From assembly GCA_050013795.1 (NCBI GenBank), contig JBEKEO010000001.1, positions 1 through 58,670 on the forward strand: a DNA stretch of 58,670 nucleotides. Reading direction: 5' to 3'. The first letter of the stretch is position 1. Each line of letters opens with the position of its first letter. Source of the stretch: Bacteroidales bacterium. Lineage in GTDB: Bacteria; Bacteroidota; Bacteroidia; Bacteroidales; CG2-30-32-10. Below, one piece after another: positions 46,329 through 56,920 of the stretch. The position numbers were made by a program, and so were the translations under genes. The notes beneath the pieces are model-generated. The model did no database searches. It saw nothing but the letters and a program-made list of their open reading frames with translations, and was not told the origin of the DNA.

Positions 46329-46369
46329 CATTTTAATTATAGAAAATTAATTCAATATCTATCTAATGG

Positions 46370-47782
46370 ATGACATCTTCGGGAATGAGATATTTATTTC
46401 AAATTATATTTAGCAAAGAATTCAGGTTGATAAGGTACGTGAAAGGCTTGACTTGCATGCTTTTTTTTGTTATTTCCAATCTTTTAATTGGACAAAAAGC
46501 TAATGATACTCTTCCTTCAAAAGTTACTTTATCACAATGCATAACTTATGCACTGGCAAACCAGTCTTTGGTCAAACAAGCCTTGCTTGATGAAGATATT
46601 ACAAGAAGGGATATAAGAATTGCCCTGGCTGGCTGGTATCCGCAACTGGAAATTGATGCCAATGTGCAGCATTTCCTTCAGATTCCGCTGTCAAGTTATC
46701 CAAATCCGCTTAATCCTCCTACATACACTCCGTATATTTCTTTACCTTCCACTCCAAATTATACCTCATCGGGCATATTTTCTGCAAATCAGACTTTATA
46801 CAGCAACAATTTATTCTTTGCTGCCAGAACTTCCAGAGAACTTCGCAACCAGGCTTCAGAGAACACAGAAAATTCAAAAATTAATACGTATGTAGATGTA
46901 ACCAAAGCGTTTTTCGATGTTTTGTTAACAGAGGAACAGCTCAATGTCCTGGATGAAGATATACTTCGCCTTAAGCGTAATTACAAAGATGCTTACAGCC
47001 TATATCAGGATGGTATGACAGACAATATAGACTATCAGCGTACCGAAATATCCCTTAGCAATACTAAGGCGCAGAGAAAATCAACAGAAGAAGCTTTGAA
47101 AGCTAAGTATGCCGTATTAAAACAACTTATGGGTGTGACTCCCGAAAAGCTTTTAACTGTTATATATGATTCCTCCAAATATGAAAATGACATATTGATT
47201 GACACTGCCAAGGCTCTTGATTATGGTAAGCGTATTGAATATCAGCAGATGCAGACAGCATTGAAACTACAGAATATTGAAGTCGGATATTACAAATGGT
47301 CGTTTATTCCGACCCTGTCTGCTTTTTACGACTATGATCCGGCATACGGCAATAACCAGTTCTCTGATTTATACAATAAAGACAATCCCACATCACTTTT
47401 GGGATTGAAATTAACATTTCCTCTGTTCCAGGGAATGAATAAGATGGAGAACATGAGCAAAGCAAAGCTTCAGTATCAAAGGCTCCAGCTTGGAATGGAC
47501 TATTTAAAAAGCGAGATCAACAGCGAATATACGCAAGCACTTTCCGGGTATATAAGCAACCTGAACGAACTGAGAATAGCAAAGAACAATATTGCTTTAG
47601 CAAAGAACATCTTTAACACTGTGAAACTTCAATATGATAAAGGAATTAAAGCGTATCTAGAAGTTATAGTTTCGGAAACAGATTTACGAACTTCAGAACT
47701 TAATTACTTGAATGTGCTTTTCAAGGTGCTTACCAGCAAAATGGATCTTGAAAAAGCATTAGGAGAAATAAAGATCAACTAA
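46370..47782 (+). CDS. TolC-family outer-membrane efflux protein
   Basis: It has the two-repeat OEP architecture and is followed by an MFP gene. The start is uncertain, with alternatives at 46385 and 46457. Confidence 0.8.
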   Translation: MTSSGMRYLFQIIFSKEFRLIRYVKGLTCMLFFVISNLLIGQKANDTLPSKVTLSQCITYALANQSLVKQALLDEDITRRDIRIALAGWYPQLEIDANVQHFLQIPLSSYPNPLNPPTYTPYISLPSTPNYTSSGIFSANQTLYSNNLFFAARTSRELRNQASENTENSKINTYVDVTKAFFDVLLTEEQLNVLDEDILRLKRNYKDAYSLYQDGMTDNIDYQRTEISLSNTKAQRKSTEEALKAKYAVLKQLMGVTPEKLLTVIYDSSKYENDILIDTAKALDYGKRIEYQQMQTALKLQNIEVGYYKWSFIPTLSAFYDYDPAYGNNQFSDLYNKDNPTSLLGLKLTFPLFQGMNKMENMSKAKLQYQRLQLGMDYLKSEINSEYTQALSGYISNLNELRIAKNNIALAKNIFNTVKLQYDKGIKAYLEVIVSETDLRTSELNYLNVLFKVLTSKMDLEKALGEIKIN

Positions 47783-47812
47783 TAAGTAAATATGAACATA
47801 GTACACTAAACT

Positions 47813-48931
47813 ATGAAAAAAATACCTCACATAATAGTATATTTTTCGCTGATTGCAGGTTTGATTTCTTGCGGCGGTAATGCAGTAAAGACGGTTGATC
47901 CATCCATACCTGTTACAGTCACCAATGTCAGTTTAACAAAAGCTATATTTTATAACTCCTATCCTGCAAATGTTGTGGCATTAAAAGAAGTGGAACTTCG
48001 CGGACAAGTGAGCGGATATATAACGGGAATGTATTTTACCGAGGGGAAACAGGTTCTTTCGGGTGCAAAACTATATGAGATTGACCGTCGCAAATATGAA
48101 GCAACCTATGAGGAAGCCCAGTCGAATGTGAAGATTGCAGAAGATAACCTCGAAAAAATTCAGCGTGATGCCAATCGCTACACCGACCTAAATAAGCAAG
48201 ATGCCGTTGCTAAACAGCTATTTGAAAATGCCATGACCGATCTTAACAGCGCCAAACAGAAGGTAGAAGCGGCAAAATCAGAATTAATTAAAACTAAGAC
48301 CGATTATGATTACTCTTTAATCAATGCCCCTTTCGACGGCACGATAGGTTTTTCCAGTGTTAAGTTGGGTTCTCTTGTTACTCCCGGGCAAACTCTTCTA
48401 AATACTGTATCTTCGGATGACCCCATGGGCGTTGATTTTGAAATTAGTGAGAATGAGCTCAGCCGTTTTCAGAAGTTGGAAAATGCAATAATTTCAGAAA
48501 ATGATTCAACATTCCGGATCAAACTGCCCGATAATTCAATATATCCCTATATAGGGAAGATAAGTGTTATCGACAGAGCTGTTGACCCTCAGACCGGTTC
48601 TGTCAGGGTAAGAATAACTGTTCCTAATAGCGAAAGATTGCTTAAACCGGGTATGAGCTGCAAGGTGCTTGTGTTGAATGCAAACGCCGGCGAACAGGTG
48701 ATTATTCCTTTCAAAGCAGTGTTGGAGCAATTGGGCGAATATTTTGTGTTTGTGAAACAGGATAAAACGGTTAAGCAGATGAAGGTTACGCTTGGCCCAA
48801 GGGTAAATTCAAATGTTATTGTATTGAAAGGTCTTGAAGGCGGTGAAACTATAGTGGTTGACGGCATACAGAAACTTCACGACGGTTCGGCAATCACCAT
48901 TGCTTCACTCCAGAAACAACAAAGCAAATAA
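47813..48931 (+). CDS. Efflux RND periplasmic adaptor (membrane fusion protein)
   Basis: Lipobox LISCGG with a biotinyl-lipoyl-like hairpin, coiled coil and beta-barrel layout typical of HlyD/AcrA. Confidence 0.85.
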   Translation: MKKIPHIIVYFSLIAGLISCGGNAVKTVDPSIPVTVTNVSLTKAIFYNSYPANVVALKEVELRGQVSGYITGMYFTEGKQVLSGAKLYEIDRRKYEATYEEAQSNVKIAEDNLEKIQRDANRYTDLNKQDAVAKQLFENAMTDLNSAKQKVEAAKSELIKTKTDYDYSLINAPFDGTIGFSSVKLGSLVTPGQTLLNTVSSDDPMGVDFEISENELSRFQKLENAIISENDSTFRIKLPDNSIYPYIGKISVIDRAVDPQTGSVRVRITVPNSERLLKPGMSCKVLVLNANAGEQVIIPFKAVLEQLGEYFVFVKQDKTVKQMKVTLGPRVNSNVIVLKGLEGGETIVVDGIQKLHDGSAITIASLQKQQSK

Positions 48932-48946
48932 CTTAAAAAAAACACT

Positions 48947-50197
48947 ATGAAAAATTTATTTTTTATTTCAATCCTCGCTGTTTTAAGCTTGGGTACAAAT
49001 GCGCAAACGGCATATATAACAAGTGAAAGTGATAGCGCTGTATTCGTTATTAATGTTGCTACCAATACTGTTACAGACACTATTAAAGTTGGTTCTCAAC
49101 CTGATGGTGTATCTGTAAGCCCTGATGGGAACAAAGTATATATTACGAATATGGGGGATACTTCAATAAGTGTGATAAACACAGCTACTAATACTGTTTC
49201 GGCTACAATTGCAGGTGTTTCTGGTTCTGGTATATCTGTAAGCCCTGATGGAGACAAGGTATATGTTGCGAATAGTGGTGCTAACAAAGTAAGTGTAATA
49301 AACACTTCTACTAATACTGTTACAGCTACTATTACGGGTTTTAATGTTCCATGGGGAATCTCTGTAACACCAGATGGAAATAAAGTATATGTTGCGAATA
49401 AAGGTTCTAATACAGTAAATGTAATAAGTACCACTACCAATGCTGTTTTGGATACAATTACAGTTGGTTCTGAGCCTCATGGTGTGTCTGTGAGCCCTGA
49501 CGGAAGCAAAGTATATGTTGCAAATTATGTTTCTTATTCAGTAAGTGTAATAAACACCACGGCAGATACTGTTTCGTCTACAATAATAGTTGGTACCGGA
49601 CCTGCAGGGAAGCCTTCGGGTGTATCTGTAAACCACGATGGAAGTAAAGTATATGTTACAAATTATAGTGCTAATTCAGTATGTATAATAAATGGCACTG
49701 CTGATACTGTTTTGGCTAAAGTTAAAGTTGGTGTCGGTCCTCGAGGTGTATCTGTAAGCCCTGATGGGAACAAGGTATATGTTGCGAATTATGGCTCTAG
49801 CTCAGTAAGTGTAATAAACGGCATTGCAGATACTGTTTCGGCTACAATTCCTATGGTTGGTACAAGTCCGGCCGCATTTGGAAATTTTATTTCCATTTAT
49901 CCATCGCACACTGGCATTGTCTCATCCAGCATAGTGTCGGCAGGCATTGCGGTTTATCCTGACCCTGCAAGCGAGGAAATACAAGTAAGCAATGGGCAGG
50001 ACGCAATAGGCAGTATAGAAATTCTAAACATACAAGGACAACTAATAAAAGCCATAGCAACAACTGGCTATAAAACAAGCATAGATGTTTCTTCATTACC
50101 AAGCGGAGTATATATTGTGGAAATGAAGACAAAAAAAGGAGTTATGGTAACTAAATTTATTAAAGAATACCCAATATTCAACCTGCCGGCTAAGTAG
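48947..50197 (+). CDS. YVTN-family beta-propeller repeat protein with a T9SS C-terminal domain (paralogue of 29668-30903)
   Basis: It has the same NAQTAYIT signal end, the same (PDG.KVYV.N....V.VIN)n repeats and a near-identical tail IQGQLIKAIATTGYKTSIDVSSLPSGVYIVEMKTKKGVMVTKFIKE. Confidence 0.88.
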   Translation: MKNLFFISILAVLSLGTNAQTAYITSESDSAVFVINVATNTVTDTIKVGSQPDGVSVSPDGNKVYITNMGDTSISVINTATNTVSATIAGVSGSGISVSPDGDKVYVANSGANKVSVINTSTNTVTATITGFNVPWGISVTPDGNKVYVANKGSNTVNVISTTTNAVLDTITVGSEPHGVSVSPDGSKVYVANYVSYSVSVINTTADTVSSTIIVGTGPAGKPSGVSVNHDGSKVYVTNYSANSVCIINGTADTVLAKVKVGVGPRGVSVSPDGNKVYVANYGSSSVSVINGIADTVSATIPMVGTSPAAFGNFISIYPSHTGIVSSSIVSAGIAVYPDPASEEIQVSNGQDAIGSIEILNIQGQLIKAIATTGYKTSIDVSSLPSGVYIVEMKTKKGVMVTKFIKEYPIFNLPAK

Positions 50198-50329
50198 ATA
50201 ATTGAACTGACTAACAATTGAATTACGATTTACAATATACAATTTACGAATAAGAGCCTATAAACCAAGTAGTTCTTTGAAACAGTTGCGGCACTTATTA
50301 CAATAGTTGGTGCAACTCTCTATAGAGAA

Positions 50330-50539
50330 GTGAGTACTCGGTATCGAGAAGTGAGTACTCGATAGCGAGTAGTGAGTACTCGGTAGCGAGAAGTGAATAC
50401 TCGGTAGCGAGTAGTGAGTACTCGATAGCGAGAAGTGAGTACTCGATAGCGAGTAGTGAGTACTCGATAGCGAGAAGTGAGTACTCGGTAGCGAGTAGTG
50501 AGTACTCGATAGCGAGTAGTGAGTACTCGATAGCGAGTT
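50330..50539. repeat. Tandem array of 10 x 21 bp (unit GTGAGTACTCGATAGCGAGWA)
   Basis: Units were counted at 50330, 50351 ... 50519 in exact 21-bp phase. Each contains the palindrome GAGTACTC. The array is flanked by AGTTGGTGCAA at 50305 and 50536, with a third copy at 50683. Confidence 0.95.
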
Positions 50540-50790
50540 GGTGCAAATGTTATTAAAGTTTAGGGAAATATTGAAAAGAAAGAACCAAGTCCCAAATCAA
50601 AAGCCCCAAATTCCAACATTAAAGAGTAGCTTCTTGGGGCTTTGAATTTGATAATTGGGGCTTGAGGCTTATAAATAATGAAAGTTGGTGCAACTGTTAC
50701 AAGAAAAACGAAGATTTTTGCCTTTAATGGAGTGGAAATGAGGGGAAAACTGAAAATAATTGAAAAATTAATTAACCTTACTATAAGGCT

Positions 50791-51750
50791 ATGAAAAAAA
50801 CTTATATAATTATTGTACTTTACTTTGTTAGTTCTTATTGTTTTTGTCAGAATAAAAATGTCGCAATTACAATGGATGATATGCCTTTTTGCACTATGCC
50901 AAATAAAATGACATTGCAACAAATTAAACAGGCACAACAAATCGACGATACTATATTATCACAAATTACACGACTTCAAACACCTGTTGCTGCATTTATA
51001 ATAGGCGATCAATGTATCTCAGCAAACGAAACAGATTTAAGACTTGATATTCTTAAAAGCTGGCTGTATAACCCTTATATTACAGTTGGCAATCACACTT
51101 TGCATCATTTAAATCATGCTGAAAATGATTTGGACTGTTTCAAAGAAGAGGTTATTGTAAATGATTATCTATTAAAATCATTTATGAAAGACAGCACAAT
51201 TAAATATTTTCGTTTTCCATATAATGCATTAGGAAAAGATAGTATTAGCCAAAAAGAAAGAGCTGATTATCTGTCTAAGAAAGGCTATACGATTGCACCC
51301 TTTACTATTGATGCTGATGATTGGGTGATTAATATTCTTTATAAAAACGAATTGAAAAAAAATAATACTAAACGGGCAGATTCTATTGCAAGGGTTTATA
51401 TAAAATTCACAGTAGATTTATTTCAATATTTTGAACAATTAAGCCAGAAATTATATGGTAGAAATATCAACCAGATATTGTTATGTCATGCCAATAAATT
51501 AAGTGCTGATTATTATACTATTTTGATTAATGAACTTAAAAATAAAGGATATCATTTTATCTCATTAGAGGATGCATTAAAAGATAAGGTTTTCTCTCAA
51601 CCAAATTATTATTTCGGGAAATGGGGCATAAGTTGGATATATCGCTGGATTAAAGATAAGCAGGAACGAAATACTCTTATGAAAAAAGAAATTGATTATG
51701 ATAAAAAGTTATATGAAGAATATCAAAGTCTGGTAGGTGAAAAGAAATGA
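50791..51750 (+). CDS. Polysaccharide deacetylase (NodB-homology) family protein
   Basis: Signal peptide, then VAITMDDMP (Asp-Asp motif) and GNHTLHH (His-His metal motif). Confidence 0.75.
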   Translation: MKKTYIIIVLYFVSSYCFCQNKNVAITMDDMPFCTMPNKMTLQQIKQAQQIDDTILSQITRLQTPVAAFIIGDQCISANETDLRLDILKSWLYNPYITVGNHTLHHLNHAENDLDCFKEEVIVNDYLLKSFMKDSTIKYFRFPYNALGKDSISQKERADYLSKKGYTIAPFTIDADDWVINILYKNELKKNNTKRADSIARVYIKFTVDLFQYFEQLSQKLYGRNINQILLCHANKLSADYYTILINELKNKGYHFISLEDALKDKVFSQPNYYFGKWGISWIYRWIKDKQERNTLMKKEIDYDKKLYEEYQSLVGEKK

Positions 51751-51820
51751 CGTTACAAACTATACTTACCCAAGTCACTTTAAATACATTAAGTAGTTTA
51801 AATTTCTATTTTTAATTATC

Positions 51821-54800
51821 ATGATTGCTGATACTTTTATAAAACGCCCCATCACGGCAATAGTAATTTCAATGGTCTTGGTCATAATAGGAACATTGGC
51901 AATACTTAACCTGCCTGTAAGCCAGTATCCTGATATTACTCCTCCTGTAGTTAGGGTATCATGCCAATATGTGGGGGCTGATGCAGCGACCGTGGAACAA
52001 ACTGTTACTACTCCATTAGAACTGCAGGTAAACGGAGTTCCGGGAATGAATTTCATGCAGAGCACCAGCACTAATGATGGAACTTCGTCAATAAATGTGT
52101 TTTTTGATGTAGGTACTAATGTTGATGTTGCCACTACTGACATACAGAACCGCGTAAATATTGCAACTCCCATTTTGCCCGATGTAGTGAAAAGATTAGG
52201 AGTTACTGTACGTAAGCGTAACCCGAGCGGCCTTTTGAATGTGGCAATCTATTCTCCCAACGGTACACATAACATACGGTTTCTTGATAATTACACGAAT
52301 ATATTTGTCAGGGATGCTCTTTTGAGGGTTAAGGGTGTAGGGGATATCTATACAAGGACTGATGATTTCAGCATGCGTATATGGCTTAAGCCCGATAAGA
52401 TGGCAAGCCTTGGGCTGACAACTGCTGACATTCTTAATGCTGTCCAGGAACAAAATGTGCAGGTAGCTGCCGGTTCAATTGGTACGCCGCCTCAGCCTTC
52501 CGGTCAGCCTTTTGAATACACTACAATCGTTAATGGCAGACTGAGCTCTGTTGATGATTTTAATAAAATTGTGGTAAGGTCTAATCCTGCTGAAGGTTCT
52601 ATAGTGTATTTAAAGGATGTTGCGCGTGTTGAGTTAGGAAAATTCAATTATTCAGGCGTGGCTTATGTTGACAAAAAACCAGCTTCATACATGATGATAT
52701 ACCAAACTCCGGGAAGCAATGCACTGGATGTTGCCGATGGTGTTTACAAAGCTTTGGATAATCTCAGCAAATCATTTCCAAGCGATGTTGCCTACAGTGT
52801 GCCTTTTGAATCAGTATCTGTCATAAAGGTGTCAATTGAAGAAGTTATCATAACGCTGTTGGAGGCATTAGGGCTCGTTGTGCTGGTAGTGTTTATCTTC
52901 CTTCAAGACTGGCGTTCTACTCTTATTCCTGTTCTTGCAATCCCAGTATCTATAATAGCCACTTTCGTTTTCTTCATACCGCTGGGTTTTACTATTAATA
53001 AGCTTACGCTTTTCGGATTTGTTCTTGCTATCGGTATTGTTGTGGATGATGCGATAATAGTGGTTGAAGCGGTGAGGCGATATATGGAAGAGCAGCACCT
53101 TACACCGAAAGAAGCTGCCTATAAAGCTATGGCCGATATATCCGGACCTGTTGTGGCTATTGCACTTGTGCTTGCGGCTGTATTTGTTCCTGCCGGATTT
53201 TTGCCCGGTATTGTAGGAAGATTATACCAGCAGTTTGCTATCACCATTGCCATTTCGGTTCTCATATCTGCATTTGTTGCTTTGTCTTTAACTCCGGCAT
53301 TATGTTCTTTATTTCTGAAACCTCATCAAATAAGTCAATCTTCAAAAGGCCTTAATTATTTTTTCTTCCGTTTTAATAAATGGTTTAACAGGAGAACGGA
53401 AGGATATACAAATAATGTCCGTGCAGCTATAAAACATTCCCGTTATGTTGTCGTCCTGCTTATTTTGATAGTCTTTGGCGCTTATGTGCTGATTAAAAAT
53501 AAACCCACAGGTTTCATTCCTATTGAAGATGAAGGACGCGTGTTTATAACATTTGAACTGCCCGAAGCTTCTTCTACATCGCGTACTGTTGAGGTAATGA
53601 AAAAAATGATGGATATACTGAGTCAGATCAAAGGTGTCGGTCATTATTCTGCCATAGCCGGTCTTAATGTAGTTACCGGTGCCATCAAATCAAACAGCGG
53701 AACCCTCTTCTGCCAGCTAACACCTTGGGATGAGAGGAAAAGCAAGTCGGAGCAACTTTTTGCTTTAATAGCTCAGATGCAGGCAAAATTTGCAGCTATA
53801 AAGGAAGCTAATATACTAGTAATACCTCCTCCTGCTATCCCCGGGCTTGGCGCTACAGGAGGGTTTACCTTCGAATTGCAGCAACGCGAAAGCAATGATG
53901 ATATAAAAACTTTCGAACGAAATGTTTACGCATTCATGGCGGCTGCCAACAAACGTCCTGAAATTGCCCGCGCTATTACTTTCTTTAACTCACGTACACC
54001 CAACTATCAACTTACTGTTGACCGCGACAAATGCAAAAAGATGGGTGTAAGCCTGACAGAAGTTTTTAATACCATCCAGACATATCTCGGCAGCAGCTAT
54101 ATTAATGACTTCACCATATACAACAGGAATTTCCGCGTAATTGCACAGGCAGATACGCTTTACAGAAATGATATTGTTGATATGGATAAGTATTATGTCC
54201 GCAATCAGCAGGGCAAAATGTTGCCATTAAGTTCTGTGATGACTTATAAAGTCAGCGAAAGCGCTTCCATGCTTTCTCATTATAACCTTTACCGTATGGC
54301 TGAATTTGTCGGTGACGCTAAGGCTGGATATAGCAGCGGACAGGCTCTTAAAGCATTGCAGGAAACAGCCCAGCAGGTGCTGCCTAAAGGATATGGATAT
54401 GAATTCTCAGGCTTAAGCCGTGAAGAGGTGAAAGCCGGTAACACCTCTACCTATATTTTCATACTATCGATTCTTTTTGTCTTTCTTTTCCTTTCAGCAT
54501 TATATGAAAGCTGGACAGTGCCTTTCACTATTCTGCTTGGAGTTCCTCTTGCTGCCTTTGGAGCCATATTGGCGCTTACATTTATCCCAAGCCTGACAAA
54601 TAATGTTTACGCACAAATAGGTCTTATTACTCTTATTGGTCTTGCTGCCAAAAACTCTATTCTTATAGTTGAGTTTGCCAAAGAGCGTGTTGACCGCGGT
54701 TTTGAAGTTGTCGCAGCAACTATTGAGGCTGTGCGCTTAAGGCTGCGCCCTATATTGATGACATCCTTTGCTTTTATCTTTGGAGTATCTCCGCTGGTAT

Positions 54801-54994
54801 TGGCAACAGGAGCAGGTGCCGTTGCACGTCAGACCATTGGATGGTCAGTATTAGGAGGTATGCTTGCAGCTACTGCATTAGGTGTGTTTATTATTCCTGT
54901 TCTGTTTATTCTGATAATTAAACTTACATACGGCAAAAAGAAACTTGCCGAATTACAAACACAGCAGAATTCATTGACAGAAAGCAAAGACTAA
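51821..54994 (+). CDS. RND efflux transporter permease (AcrB/HAE1 type)
   Basis: 1057 aa starting MIADTFIKRPITAIV, with twelve TM helices and two large periplasmic loops. The VVDDAIIVVE motif is present. Confidence 0.92.
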   Translation: MIADTFIKRPITAIVISMVLVIIGTLAILNLPVSQYPDITPPVVRVSCQYVGADAATVEQTVTTPLELQVNGVPGMNFMQSTSTNDGTSSINVFFDVGTNVDVATTDIQNRVNIATPILPDVVKRLGVTVRKRNPSGLLNVAIYSPNGTHNIRFLDNYTNIFVRDALLRVKGVGDIYTRTDDFSMRIWLKPDKMASLGLTTADILNAVQEQNVQVAAGSIGTPPQPSGQPFEYTTIVNGRLSSVDDFNKIVVRSNPAEGSIVYLKDVARVELGKFNYSGVAYVDKKPASYMMIYQTPGSNALDVADGVYKALDNLSKSFPSDVAYSVPFESVSVIKVSIEEVIITLLEALGLVVLVVFIFLQDWRSTLIPVLAIPVSIIATFVFFIPLGFTINKLTLFGFVLAIGIVVDDAIIVVEAVRRYMEEQHLTPKEAAYKAMADISGPVVAIALVLAAVFVPAGFLPGIVGRLYQQFAITIAISVLISAFVALSLTPALCSLFLKPHQISQSSKGLNYFFFRFNKWFNRRTEGYTNNVRAAIKHSRYVVVLLILIVFGAYVLIKNKPTGFIPIEDEGRVFITFELPEASSTSRTVEVMKKMMDILSQIKGVGHYSAIAGLNVVTGAIKSNSGTLFCQLTPWDERKSKSEQLFALIAQMQAKFAAIKEANILVIPPPAIPGLGATGGFTFELQQRESNDDIKTFERNVYAFMAAANKRPEIARAITFFNSRTPNYQLTVDRDKCKKMGVSLTEVFNTIQTYLGSSYINDFTIYNRNFRVIAQADTLYRNDIVDMDKYYVRNQQGKMLPLSSVMTYKVSESASMLSHYNLYRMAEFVGDAKAGYSSGQALKALQETAQQVLPKGYGYEFSGLSREEVKAGNTSTYIFILSILFVFLFLSALYESWTVPFTILLGVPLAAFGAILALTFIPSLTNNVYAQIGLITLIGLAAKNSILIVEFAKERVDRGFEVVAATIEAVRLRLRPILMTSFAFIFGVSPLVLATGAGAVARQTIGWSVLGGMLAATALGVFIIPVLFILIIKLTYGKKKLAELQTQQNSLTESKD

Positions 54995-55821
54995 TATCCT
55001 ATCAACGCAGCTTTTCTTAATTTACTTTTCTCAACATCAGATGAAGGGTATGTGTTGTGATAAATGGCTTTTTCCCAGTCGCCGTACATAGGATTTGGCA
55101 GCATAATGAAATTAACACCATATTGGTCTTTCAGGCTGTCAGCCATATTAAAACCGTAATTAACTTTCCTGTTTCCAAATATCTCTTTAAAATCACGAAG
55201 GTTATCTCCAAAAGTTAGCAATATCTTATAGTTCCCTGCAATTTTATCATAACGCGGAGTTTTATCATTACTCGCACTTGCCCTTAGTAAAACATGAATT
55301 GTATCGGCAAACGGAAGGTTATTCTTTTGCAAGTTATTTATCGTAACATCCCAGTCACCTATTTCGCGGTTTGAAACATAAAAAGCAGTAACTCCTTTTG
55401 ATTTGGCGTAATTAATAAAATCTACTACTCCCGGAGTGGCTTTTGCAACAGCCATCTTCGTCCATTCTCTCCATAATTTATTTGAATGATCAACACCTTT
55501 TTGAATCATCATTGCTTCATAAGGCGAATTGTCAAGAACGGTTTCATCAAGGTCGAAAACCACTGCTTTCTTGTCAGCAGACTTATCATCTGCCAGCTTT
55601 TTATCAAGAGCTAATTTAGCAAGGTAAAAACTCTGGTAATACATGGCTCTCATTTCAGCAGAGCGCTGATACCAAAGCACCGACATTACAAGATGTTCCT
55701 GTGATGACATGGAAAGGCTGTCGCAAACTGAATTCCCTTTTGAAAGAACACTTTCATTTCTTTTACATGACAGAAAGAAAACTACAATAACAGGAACAAT
55801 GATTAACACTATCTTTTTCAT
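54991..55821 (-). CDS. Class C acid phosphatase / 5'-nucleotidase, lipoprotein e(P4) family (HAD superfamily)
   Basis: Lipobox FFLSC, the DDDD-type motif VVFDLDETVLDNSPY, and a later FGDNLRDF. Confidence 0.85.
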   Translation of the reverse strand: MKKIVLIIVPVIVVFFLSCKRNESVLSKGNSVCDSLSMSSQEHLVMSVLWYQRSAEMRAMYYQSFYLAKLALDKKLADDKSADKKAVVFDLDETVLDNSPYEAMMIQKGVDHSNKLWREWTKMAVAKATPGVVDFINYAKSKGVTAFYVSNREIGDWDVTINNLQKNNLPFADTIHVLLRASASNDKTPRYDKIAGNYKILLTFGDNLRDFKEIFGNRKVNYGFNMADSLKDQYGVNFIMLPNPMYGDWEKAIYHNTYPSSDVEKSKLRKAALIGY

Positions 55822-55856
55822 AATTCAATTTTTAATTCGTTCTTTTTGTAAAACAT

Positions 55857-55864
55857 CAAAATTA
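55857..55864 (-). promoter_or_regulatory. -7 promoter box (TAATTTTG on the minus strand)
   Basis: Exact TAnnTTTG match, 36 nt upstream of the start at 55821. Confidence 0.4.
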
Positions 55865-55934
55865 ATTCTTTTAATAGAATTCTATTATTCAATATCAAAA
55901 AACTGCAAACCTGAAACAATTCTTAAATAATAAT

Positions 55935-55942
55935 TAACTTTG
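55935..55942 (+). promoter_or_regulatory. -7 promoter box TAACTTTG
   Basis: Exact TAnnTTTG match. It overlaps the ORF-track TTG start at 55940, which supports the ATG at 55964. Confidence 0.4.
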
Positions 55943-55963
55943 TCTTTAAATAAACCAAAAACA

Positions 55964-56908
55964 ATGAAAAAAATATTTTACATATTATTTGCAACAGCTA
56001 TTACTATGGCGGGTTGCGGTGGTAGCAACAAAAGAGAAATGGAAAAATATAAAGCAAAAGCTGATTCCATAGCACCAAGTTCTTACACGGCTAAAAAGAC
56101 TGACTCCATTTCAAAGGCTGATTATGTTTCTTCTTCAGCTGCTGTTGTAAACAAAAAAGATACAACAAGGAAATTTGTTCGCACAGCTGAGCTTAAATTC
56201 CGGGTAAAAAATGTGTATAAAGCATCATTGGAAATAGAAAGATTTACTGCAGCAAATAATGGATTTGTGACCTATACAAATTTGAACAGTACTATTGACA
56301 GGAAAGAAATAACTCCTGTAAGTATTGATTCTTCTCTTGAATCAATTTATTATGATGTTGTAAATGATATTAACATACGTGTTCCAAATTATAACCTTGA
56401 TAGCATCATTCGACAGATTGCTCCTTTAATTGATTACCTGGATTACAGAACCATCAAAGCCGATGATGTAAGTATGCTTCTTACTTCCAATAATATGATG
56501 CAGCAAAGAATAACAGGAAATACACAGCAACTCTCAAAGGCTGCTGATCAAAAGAGCAAAAACGCAACAGAGACAGTGAACATACAGGAAAATATTTATC
56601 ACAAACAAACTGAACTCGACAGATTAAAGGCGTATAAAAATCAGCTTATGGACGAAGTTAATTTCAGCACTTTAGTAATATTTATATACCAGCGACAAGT
56701 CATTAAGCATTCACTTATTGAAAATGATAAGAACATTAAGGCCTACAAACCAGGATTCTGGCGCAGGACAAAAGAAGGCATTGTGTTTAGTTTTGATATG
56801 CTACTTGAAATCATTTTGTTCTTTATCCGTTTGTGGGCAATATGGTTGATTCTTTTTGTCGCTTATATTCTTTTCCGAAAGTTCGCTCTAAAAAAACCTA
56901 AAGAATAA
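55964..56908 (+). CDS. DUF4349-like lipoprotein with a C-terminal membrane anchor
   Basis: Lipobox ITMAGC, a soluble region with a coiled coil, and two C-terminal TM helices. Confidence 0.65.
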   Translation: MKKIFYILFATAITMAGCGGSNKREMEKYKAKADSIAPSSYTAKKTDSISKADYVSSSAAVVNKKDTTRKFVRTAELKFRVKNVYKASLEIERFTAANNGFVTYTNLNSTIDRKEITPVSIDSSLESIYYDVVNDINIRVPNYNLDSIIRQIAPLIDYLDYRTIKADDVSMLLTSNNMMQQRITGNTQQLSKAADQKSKNATETVNIQENIYHKQTELDRLKAYKNQLMDEVNFSTLVIFIYQRQVIKHSLIENDKNIKAYKPGFWRRTKEGIVFSFDMLLEIILFFIRLWAIWLILFVAYILFRKFALKKPKE

Positions 56909-56920
56909 TTTCATATAAAG

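Noticed and set aside
50560-50940. A 126-aa minus-strand ORF overlapping the start of the deacetylase gene.
   Set aside because: It overlaps a well-supported plus-strand gene and an intergenic hairpin region (aagccccaa...ttggggctt). It shows no recognisable features.
54991-54994. A 4-bp overlap of the convergent stop codons of the RND permease and the e(P4) phosphatase genes (CTAA/TTAG).
   Set aside because: The overlap is real but is a common consequence of compact genomes. There is no evidence of functional coupling, and I could not see a shared terminator.
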